NCBI GenBank assembly: GCA_963676105.1
Contig: OY781039.1
Location: forward strand, 1,860,001 to 1,892,000
Source: Erysipelotrichaceae bacterium
GTDB taxonomy: Bacteria > Bacillota_I > Bacilli_A > Erysipelotrichales > Erysipelotrichaceae
Reading direction: 5' to 3'
Length of the DNA: 32,000 nt
Shown piece after piece: positions 8,742 through 16,064 of this stretch; the first letter of the stretch is position 1; the number at the start of each line of letters is the position of its first letter. The notes below the pieces were generated by a model. That model was not told where the DNA came from. It ran no database searches and saw nothing but the letters and a program-made list of their open reading frames with translations. A program made the position numbers and the translations under genes.

Positions 8742-9274
8742 TCAATAATGATTGGAAATAAATTTATAAAATCCTGATCTAAATGATGTCCATCTTTCTT
8801 AAGATGGATGTTTTTTATGAGGATATTATCATCCTGTAAAAGTTTTAAACATTCAAGTTCATTTGTTTGATCTAAATAGAGTTCTTGAGATTTCAAAGTC
8901 AAAGCTTTTTTCATCATTGGAATATAAGGAATATTATGTTCTATCCAATTAAGTGTATAAAGCTCGTCTACATCAACCCACAGGATTTCATCATAAATGA
9001 TGGGTTTAAAATCATTTATTAAACTGGTCTTAAACCAATGTAATCTAAAAAGACCATGTTCATTATCAACAATATAATGTGTAATATAGTAAGCTTCTTT
9101 TATGACTGCATCACCTTCTTCTTTGAGTTCTCGCTTTAAACCTTCAAGAAGTGATTCATTTATTTCGACTTTTCCACCAGGACACTCTAAATATCCTTTA
9201 AAAGGCTTAGATTTTCGTTGACCAACACAAATTTTATTGTCTTTTTCAATGAGCGCAATCACAACATCTATCAT
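8738..9274 (-). CDS. Nudix (MutT-like) hydrolase with a C-terminal extension of about 50 aa
   Basis: Nudix box GGKVEINESLLEGLKRELKEEGD. I prefer ATG 9274 (MIDVV...) over the GTG at 9280 used by the ORF track; see the promoter at 9281-9289. Confidence 0.8.
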   Translation of the reverse strand: MIDVVIALIEKDNKICVGQRKSKPFKGYLECPGGKVEINESLLEGLKRELKEEGDAVIKEAYYITHYIVDNEHGLFRLHWFKTSLINDFKPIIYDEILWVDVDELYTLNWIEHNIPYIPMMKKALTLKSQELYLDQTNELECLKLLQDDNILIKNIHLKKDGHHLDQDFINLFPIIID

Positions 9275-9280
9275 GGACAC

Positions 9281-9289
9281 ACTCTACCA
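9281..9289 (-). promoter_or_regulatory. Extended -10 element TGgTAGAGT placed 6 nt before the nudix ATG (leaderless candidate)
   Basis: The minus strand reads TGGTAGAGT-GTGTCC-ATG. There is no SD in the 6-nt spacer. Confidence 0.35.
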
Positions 9290-9303
9290 CATAAGCCTAT
9301 GCG

Positions 9304-9312
9304 TGTTACAAT
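9304..9312 (+). promoter_or_regulatory. Extended -10 element TGtTACAAT for the HAD / HEPN-CBS pair
   Basis: TGnTACAAT lies 18 nt before ATG 9331, with SD AAAGGA in between. It is divergent from the nudix promoter. Confidence 0.45.
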
Positions 9313-9330
9313 AAAACAAAGGAAATTATT

Positions 9331-10152
9331 ATGAAAGTTGCGCTAATTTACGATTTTGATAAAACATTATCTACTCATGATATGCAAGAGTTTGGGTATT
9401 TTGATGACTTAGGTTTAAAAAGCTCAGAAAACTTCTGGAAAGAAGTTGAAGAACTTTGTCAAAAAGAACATATGGACCATATTTTAACTTACCTTTACCA
9501 TATGGTTGAATCTTCAAAAGCTAAAGGACTTGCGATTACCCGGGAAAGACTCGCAAGCTACGGTCCTAAAATAGAGTTCTTTGATGGCGTTATTGAGTGG
9601 TTTGAACTTATCAACGCAGAAGGGAAAAAACGTGGGATAGAAATTGAACACTACATCATCTCTTCAGGTTTAACAGAAATTATTGAAAATACGCCAATCG
9701 CAAAGTACTTTAGAAAAGTATTTGCCTGTGAATTTCTATATGATGATAAAGGTGAAGCAGTATGGCCAAAATTATCGGTCAACTATACGATGAAAACTCA
9801 ATTTGTATTTAGAATAAACAAAAATATTCTTGAGATTGAGAATGATAATGATTTAAATCAACATCTCGAAGAACATTTAAAATACATGCCTTTCACAAAC
9901 ATGATATACATCGGTGATGGATTTACAGATGTACCAAGTATGAAACTTATACGTTCTAATGGTGGTTATGCGATTGCGGTCTATCATAAAGGACAAGCGC
10001 AGAAAGATGTAAGCGAACAACTTTTAGCGCATCAACGCGTTAATTTTATTGCGCCAGCTGACTATCGAAAAGATGAAAGACTTCATCAATTGATTAGTGC
10101 GATACTTGATCAATTAAGCAGTCAAAAACACTTAAGGGATCTACAAAAATGA
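9331..10152 (+). CDS. HAD-superfamily (subfamily IB-like) phosphatase
   Basis: HAD motifs: I DFDKT, II ISSG, III conserved K, IV GDGFTD, with a large cap insertion between I and II. Confidence 0.7.
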   Translation: MKVALIYDFDKTLSTHDMQEFGYFDDLGLKSSENFWKEVEELCQKEHMDHILTYLYHMVESSKAKGLAITRERLASYGPKIEFFDGVIEWFELINAEGKKRGIEIEHYIISSGLTEIIENTPIAKYFRKVFACEFLYDDKGEAVWPKLSVNYTMKTQFVFRINKNILEIENDNDLNQHLEEHLKYMPFTNMIYIGDGFTDVPSMKLIRSNGGYAIAVYHKGQAQKDVSEQLLAHQRVNFIAPADYRKDERLHQLISAILDQLSSQKHLRDLQK

Positions 10153-10877
10153 GTACACAAAATTCAGAGCGATTTTTAAATGCTTTTAGTCGTATTGAGG
10201 AAGAAATGACACGTCGTATGCATTCTTCACGCTATATTTCTTATGCGGAGATGGCACGACGATTAGCTAAAGTAGATAAAACCTATCGTCGTTATCGTCG
10301 ATTCTTAGAAGAATTTGGTGATCTTAGAAACGCGATTGTCCATGAGCGTATTGATGGGGAAGTCATAGCTGAACCCCATATCAAAGAAGTTGAAAAAATT
10401 GAACAAATCGCTGACATCCTAACTAAACCAGAAATGGTCTTACCACGTTTTCAAAAAAAGGTTGAAATTGCCTATATGGATGAAAAATTATCAGCAGTAA
10501 TTAACCGCATGAAACCAAAACGTTTTTCTAAGTTGCCTGTCTATAACCGTGAAGGTGTATATGAAGGCTTACTCACAACCGATGCCTTTAGCTATTATGT
10601 GGTTGATCACATCAAAGATATTGTCTGTGAAATTCCTGATGCACAGGTTAAAGATGTCATTGAATTTGATAAAAAAGGGCGGCATGTTCGCTTTATATCA
10701 CGACACTCTACGCTTGTGGATGTGGTCATGGAATTTGAACAAGCTCTACATACTGGGCAAAGGCTCAATGAAGTTATCATAACTGAACATGGTGAGATGC
10801 ATGAAAAACCGATTGGTATTATATCCGTATCTGATTTACCAAGTATCTATAATATGATTAATCGCAATCTCTTATAA
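10149..10877 (+). CDS. CBS-pair protein with an N-terminal HEPN-like (Rx4H) helical domain
   Basis: The C-terminal ~145 aa form two CBS repeats (...SKLPVYNREGVYEGLLTTDAF... and ...VIITEHGEMHEKPIGIISVSDL). The N-terminal ~95 aa are helical with FSRIEEEM and GDLRNAIVHE (R60-x4-H65). ATGA overlap with the HAD gene. Confidence 0.6.
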   Translation: MSTQNSERFLNAFSRIEEEMTRRMHSSRYISYAEMARRLAKVDKTYRRYRRFLEEFGDLRNAIVHERIDGEVIAEPHIKEVEKIEQIADILTKPEMVLPRFQKKVEIAYMDEKLSAVINRMKPKRFSKLPVYNREGVYEGLLTTDAFSYYVVDHIKDIVCEIPDAQVKDVIEFDKKGRHVRFISRHSTLVDVVMEFEQALHTGQRLNEVIITEHGEMHEKPIGIISVSDLPSIYNMINRNLL

Positions 10878-10907
10878 AAAAATCGTGGTCAACACGATTT
10901 TATTTTT
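10876..10907. terminator. Bidirectional terminator between the CBS gene and tetR
   Basis: Stem AATCGTG / CACGATT, loop GTCAA, with A-run and T-run flanks. Confidence 0.75.
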
Positions 10908-11514
10908 GTGGCATATCAACCTCAAGTAAATTAGCATAAATGGATAAGTAGGTGCTGATTAAATCAGAAATGATTGTTTTATTTCTTGGGTAATCATTAA
11001 TGGCTTCAATGACCCCAGCAATCAATGAACTTGAAAACATTTTGATAAGTTGTTGAGCCTCATCATTAAGATTGTTTTCTAGTGGAAAATAATTTTTTAA
11101 TAAGGCTTGTAAGAACAGAGACACACGATGGGTAATATCATCTGATAGTTTAGGCTCTCTAAAGATTATATGAAATTCTTTGTAGTGTACTTTTAATAAT
11201 TCACTTATGTTTTCAACAATCGGATGGATATTTGAAATGATGAAATTCTTAATGTCACTGGCACTTGGATGAGCCATTTTAATTTGGTCGAACGGCATGT
11301 TTAAGAACATCTCTAAATGAAGAAAAACTGGTTGAAAGATTTCATCTTCAATCTCTTCTTTACTCTTAAAGTAGCGATATACATTACCAACTACCATATT
11401 TGATTTCTGGGCAACTTTACGCATTGATAAAGCTTGGTAGCCTTCTTTATGCATTATCTCAATCGAAGCTTTAATGATTTTTTCACGTGATTTAGGATTC
11501 AGAACTCTGGCCAT
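10900..11514 (-). CDS. TetR/AcrR family transcriptional regulator
   Basis: N-terminal HTH: REKIIKASIEIMHKEGYQALSMRKVAQKSNMVVGNVYRYFKSKEEI. Start chosen at ATG 11514 (AAGGAG 6 nt upstream). It overlaps the 3' end of the RND gene by 23 nt. Confidence 0.85.
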   Translation of the reverse strand: MARVLNPKSREKIIKASIEIMHKEGYQALSMRKVAQKSNMVVGNVYRYFKSKEEIEDEIFQPVFLHLEMFLNMPFDQIKMAHPSASDIKNFIISNIHPIVENISELLKVHYKEFHIIFREPKLSDDITHRVSLFLQALLKNYFPLENNLNDEAQQLIKMFSSSLIAGVIEAINDYPRNKTIISDLISTYLSIYANLLEVDMPQK

Positions 11515-14500
11515 AATCATCTCCTTTCTTATCATCTAGATATTGATTAATAAGAGCTTTTAGGTTTTTATTTGTTTTCTTGCTTGGTAATTCTAAGCCA
11601 TATGATTGAGCAAGTTGAACGAGTTGAAGTTTATGATAAGAGTTCAAATCATTTGGATCTACTACAACCATTGAATAAAGTACCGGTACAACAACCATTG
11701 TGAGAATGGTCGAAAATAATAAACCAAATAATAAGACTAATGCCATTGGTGCGCTCAATGGATCGTTAGATAAAATGAGTGGTACTAAGCCAATACAGGT
11801 TGTGATGGTACTTAAAGTAATAGCACGATATCGTTTATCAACAGCCGTCACACAAGCGTCATAAACAGAGTGACCTAGTTTAATTTGTTGATCCATAACT
11901 TCAACTAAGATGATTCCATTATTAACGACTATCCCAATTAAACTTACCAATCCCAATAAAGCCATCGCTTGTAAGTCCATATTAAAGATATATAAACCTA
12001 AGAATGATCCGATAAATGAAAGAGGAATACTCACTAAGATAATGAGGGGTTTTAACATCTTATCAAATTGGAAAAGTAAAACTATGTAAATCAAAATGAT
12101 TGATATGCCACCTGCTACGGCTAAATCAGAGATTAAAGCCATCATCTGTGTCATCTCGCCATTAAACTTAACATTAACGCCATCAGGGATTATTTCTTCA
12201 ATCGCATTTTTATAGGCTGCTTCAATGTCACCAGACTTAAAACCGGATTTTAAATCACTCATGACCGTAATCGAGCGTTGCCTATCTGTTCTTTGAATAA
12301 GAGGAATAGATGTGTCTAAGTTAATATCTGCAATTTGGTTTAAAAGAATTTGAGTATCAGTAACTGATGAACTGATCGGTAAACGATATAAATCATCTAA
12401 ATTAGATATATTACTTTTCACGATAATCGGCATTTCATTGCCTCCAACAATATAGTTCGAGGTTTCCGAACCCATTAAAGCGGTATTGATTTGTTTAACA
12501 ACATCGTACTTTAAAACACCCATTAAGTTGACCACATCAGAATCAATCTCTACGTTGTATTCATAATTAATACCCACAAAGTCATCACGTACATTTGTTG
12601 TCCCATCGATATTGTTTAGGATATCTTGTGATTCTTGGGCAAAGTCTTGCAGAACACTTAAATCATCTCCGTAGAGTTCAATCGCAATTTTCGCATCAGT
12701 TGGCATTGAAATTTCTAAGTATTTAACTTCGACTTTTGCGCCAACAATCTCATTATTAAATCGCTCTTGAAGATATGCGCCAAAATCCATATTGCCAGTA
12801 AAGTCATCAGATGACTCATCTAACTCAATCATAATCTGCGCATTATCACTTGATTCTGTTAAAGTTGGCACCGTTAAAAAGAAACGAGGTAAACCTTTGC
12901 CAACTGCACTTGAGTAATGTTCAATCAACGCTTCTTCATCTAAAATTGCTTGAATATCATCCACAATTTCTTGTGTTTTATCTAAATTCATACGTTCGCT
13001 TTTAACATTGACATAAATAATCGGTTTATCAGAATACGGGAAAAAAGTCATACCTAAACTAAGGACTAATACAATCGCAATTATGAGGGTTGAAAATGCG
13101 ACAATGATTGTCGTTCTTTTATGATTTAAACCTAAAGCTAGTGCTTTGTTAAAGAGTTCTTTTAAAGTAGATTCTTTCTTTTCGATTTTATGTGTGGCTT
13201 CTTTAGAAAAGCTAATCCGAGCAAATAAAGGAATAACAAACATTGCGACAATATAAGAAGCGATAAGTGATGTGATGACAACAATCGGAATCGTCGCCAC
13301 AATATCCCCGACGGCACCTGGAATAAATAATAGAATACCAAAAGTAATGATAGTGGTTAAAGTGGATGTAAATACTGGTGCAGCTGTTTCTTTAACAGCC
13401 ATTTCTATCGCTTCTTTTTTAGAATAATCTTCATTGAGTTTTTGTTGGATCGCATCTGATACAACAATCGCATTATCAACTAATATCCCAAGTGAAACAA
13501 TCAAAGCCATAATGGAAATAAAATGGAATTCAATGCCTAATAAATACATCACAAAGAAGGTTGCGAATATGGATAAAGGTAAAGCAATTGAGACCACAAT
13601 CGCATTTTTAAGTTTTACCCCTATCATGACGACAATGATAATTAAGACAATGGATTCTAATAAATTTAGAATAAAATCAGTTACTGACTTATCAATATCT
13701 TCAGATGAATAAACAACTTCATGATAATCAATATTTGGGGGTAATTGTAGAGAGACTTCATCAATAACTTCACGGACATCATTACCAATTAAGACATCAT
13801 TTACACTATCTTCAAAATAACCCGTTAAAAGAATCGCATTGACCCCATCCTGCATATAAGAATAGCCTGCGGCATAATCAATACTAACCGTCGCAATATC
13901 TTTAAGTTGAACAAAACCTATGGTATCTTCACTACTTCCCGCAACCACAATATTTTCAATATCTTTTAAGGATGAGAAGGTTGAAGGTGTATTCACGTTA
14001 ATAATGCCTGAATCATATTGAATAGAACCTGATGGAATTGACAGGTTTTGTGCTTTCATGAGATCTGCAATATTTTCGATGGAAATGTTATAGAGATTTA
14101 AATCATCGATATCGACCACAACATTAACTTGTTTATCTAACTGTCCTTCAATATCGATGCGTTCTACTCCATCAACATCTAAGACAGCTTCCTTGATTTC
14201 TTCAGCGTAGGTGACTAAGTCTTCTCGTGAGTAATCTTCACCTGATAAGGCGATGATAAATTGAGGACTTACAGATAGTTCAGTATCTATGACAGATTCA
14301 TAAGCCATCTCAGGTAATGAGTTTTGAACATCCGAAATCTTTTGTCTTAGTAAACTTAAAACTTCATCACCATCCGCATCTGTATCAAAAAGCACAACCA
14401 CTACCGAGGCTGAATTCATTGATAAAGAATCTAGAGTTTGTATACTGCCAACTTCATTAACCGCATCTTCAATTTTAGTGGTGACCATTGCTTCCACTTC

Positions 14501-14674
14501 TTGAGATGTTGCGCCAGGATAAACCGTAGATATAACGGCTCCAGGTAATGATGTATCAGGATTTTCTTGTTTAGGAATTATATAGTAACTATAGATACCC
14601 GCTAAAACCCAAAGACCAAGCAAAATAAAGACGATAACTTTTCGCTTAATCATTTCATTGATGATTCGAATCAT
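11492..14674 (-). CDS. RND-superfamily efflux permease (AcrB/HAE-like, 12 TM) with a C-terminal cytoplasmic tail of about 55 aa
   Basis: 1060 aa with the typical two-fold repeat of a TM segment, a large extracytoplasmic loop and 5 more TM segments, plus conserved VDNAIVV / VNNGIIL motifs in TM4/TM10. Confidence 0.9.
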   Translation of the reverse strand: MIRIINEMIKRKVIVFILLGLWVLAGIYSYYIIPKQENPDTSLPGAVISTVYPGATSQEVEAMVTTKIEDAVNEVGSIQTLDSLSMNSASVVVVLFDTDADGDEVLSLLRQKISDVQNSLPEMAYESVIDTELSVSPQFIIALSGEDYSREDLVTYAEEIKEAVLDVDGVERIDIEGQLDKQVNVVVDIDDLNLYNISIENIADLMKAQNLSIPSGSIQYDSGIINVNTPSTFSSLKDIENIVVAGSSEDTIGFVQLKDIATVSIDYAAGYSYMQDGVNAILLTGYFEDSVNDVLIGNDVREVIDEVSLQLPPNIDYHEVVYSSEDIDKSVTDFILNLLESIVLIIIVVMIGVKLKNAIVVSIALPLSIFATFFVMYLLGIEFHFISIMALIVSLGILVDNAIVVSDAIQQKLNEDYSKKEAIEMAVKETAAPVFTSTLTTIITFGILLFIPGAVGDIVATIPIVVITSLIASYIVAMFVIPLFARISFSKEATHKIEKKESTLKELFNKALALGLNHKRTTIIVAFSTLIIAIVLVLSLGMTFFPYSDKPIIYVNVKSERMNLDKTQEIVDDIQAILDEEALIEHYSSAVGKGLPRFFLTVPTLTESSDNAQIMIELDESSDDFTGNMDFGAYLQERFNNEIVGAKVEVKYLEISMPTDAKIAIELYGDDLSVLQDFAQESQDILNNIDGTTNVRDDFVGINYEYNVEIDSDVVNLMGVLKYDVVKQINTALMGSETSNYIVGGNEMPIIVKSNISNLDDLYRLPISSSVTDTQILLNQIADINLDTSIPLIQRTDRQRSITVMSDLKSGFKSGDIEAAYKNAIEEIIPDGVNVKFNGEMTQMMALISDLAVAGGISIILIYIVLLFQFDKMLKPLIILVSIPLSFIGSFLGLYIFNMDLQAMALLGLVSLIGIVVNNGIILVEVMDQQIKLGHSVYDACVTAVDKRYRAITLSTITTCIGLVPLILSNDPLSAPMALVLLFGLLFSTILTMVVVPVLYSMVVVDPNDLNSYHKLQLVQLAQSYGLELPSKKTNKNLKALINQYLDDKKGDDYGQSSES

Positions 14675-15948
14675 TAGTCAGTAACCTCAACTAAGTTACC
14701 GGGTTTAACACTTTTCATACCATCAGTAATTAATAAATCACCAGCTTGTAATCCTTCAACTAAAACATAATCATTATCGATATGCTTAGTCACAATGATT
14801 TTCTTTTTAACTCTTTCATCCTTAATCACAAAGACATAATCTTCTCCATCATTTTGGATGACACGAATCGGAATCCAGATACCTTGGGTTTGACCAACAT
14901 CAATATTGACGATTGAACTTTCGCCAATAAAGAAATTAAGCAAGTCTTCAGGGAAGGCAATATTTGTTTCATATGTCCGTGATGATGAATCAGGGATACG
15001 AGAGATATCCAAGACTTCCCCTTCAAACTCTAATTCACCAATTTGCACATTTGCACTCATACCTGTTTCAACTTTTCGGACATTATCTTGTGATAAACCA
15101 ATGGTTACGACCGTTTCTGAAGTACCTAAAACCATAACCGGAATAAGGGGGTTAGCTGTTTCACCTTCTTCAGCGTTTAGAACTAAAACATAACCATCAA
15201 TATCTGCGTAGAGATAACTATTGGTAATTTGTTCATCGATATTATCGTATTGAGTTTGGGCGATATCTGTTTGTGTTTGTGCTGTCTCATATCTTGATTG
15301 TGAAGCTTGATAGTTCGCATCAGCAATCTCAACTTCAGCTGTTGTTGTGTTATCTAAGGCTGCTTGATACTCTTGATCAGCCGCATTATATTCAATCACA
15401 GACTGAGTATAGTTTTGTTGAGCAGTTGTAAGGGCTGCTTGATCAGCTGTATCTTCATCAAAGGCAGCTTGTGTATCAGCTAAGGTTTGCTCATCTGCGA
15501 TCATTTGATCATAAGCATCATCACGAGTTTGTTTAAGCGCAGCAGTATCTGCATCTTGACTAGCAACTGCATTTTCATAAGTTGCTTTATCCGCTAACAT
15601 TTCTTGATAAGCTGCTTCTTCATCTGATTTTGCACTATCGACATTAAGGGCTGCTTCTTCTTTTCTAGCCTCTAAATCACTTGTATCTTGTTTAGCTAGC
15701 AATTGCCCAACTTTTACTTTGTCACCCTCATCAACATAAATTTTCTCAACTGTCGCTAAGTTATCAAAAGTCTTTTGAACCATTTTTTCTGGTTGTAAAA
15801 TGCCTACATATTTTACGTACTCAGTACGTTCTTCTAAGACTAAATAACTTGCCTTAACAGGATAAGTAGGTTCAACATAGACTTCTTCTACTTGAGCTTG
15901 GCAAGCTGTTAAAAACAAAATGGATGCTAGAAAGACTAATTTTTTCAT
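14674..15948 (-). CDS. Efflux RND adaptor (membrane-fusion protein, HlyD family), lipoprotein
   Basis: Signal peptide with lipobox LTAC, a lipoyl/beta-barrel pattern, and a long Q/A/D/T-rich alpha-hairpin. Its TAA stop shares one nt with the RND ATG (TAATG). Confidence 0.85.
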   Translation of the reverse strand: MKKLVFLASILFLTACQAQVEEVYVEPTYPVKASYLVLEERTEYVKYVGILQPEKMVQKTFDNLATVEKIYVDEGDKVKVGQLLAKQDTSDLEARKEEAALNVDSAKSDEEAAYQEMLADKATYENAVASQDADTAALKQTRDDAYDQMIADEQTLADTQAAFDEDTADQAALTTAQQNYTQSVIEYNAADQEYQAALDNTTTAEVEIADANYQASQSRYETAQTQTDIAQTQYDNIDEQITNSYLYADIDGYVLVLNAEEGETANPLIPVMVLGTSETVVTIGLSQDNVRKVETGMSANVQIGELEFEGEVLDISRIPDSSSRTYETNIAFPEDLLNFFIGESSIVNIDVGQTQGIWIPIRVIQNDGEDYVFVIKDERVKKKIIVTKHIDNDYVLVEGLQAGDLLITDGMKSVKPGNLVEVTD

Positions 15949-15970
15949 AAATTCCCTCGGTTATAAATAA

Positions 15971-16011
15971 ACACTTGTTCACTATATATATGAATAGTAT
16001 ACACCTGTTCA
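15971..16011 (-). promoter_or_regulatory. Candidate operator in the RND operon promoter region
   Basis: Direct repeats ACACtTGTTCA (15971-15981) and ACACcTGTTCA (16001-16011) are 30 bp apart. A complementary half-site TGAATA (15991-15996) lies between them, giving TGTTCA-N9-TGAATA-N9-TGTTCA. Confidence 0.3.
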
Positions 16012-16032
16012 TTTATAAATGGCTACATATTC

Positions 16033-16064
16033 TTAAGAAAAAGACCTACATTTTTGTAGGTCTT
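16033..16064 (-). terminator. Rho-independent terminator of the gcv operon
   Basis: 10-bp stem AAGACCTACA / TGTAGGTCTT, loop of 4, and a U-run on the minus strand. It overlaps the gcvPB stop codon. Confidence 0.8.

Noticed and set aside
13434-15193. Plus-strand ORFs antisense to the RND pump and adaptor (13434..13712, 14906..15193) and the minus-strand alternate-frame ORF 14826..15026
   Set aside because: They are embedded in strongly supported CDSs. They are typical shadow ORFs produced by codon bias.
15244-15687. Q/A/D/T-rich repetitive-looking stretch in the adaptor gene as a possible tandem repeat or surface-protein repeat
   Set aside because: It is the heptad-like alpha-hairpin expected in HlyD/MFP adaptors. 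No exact nucleotide repeat unit is visible.
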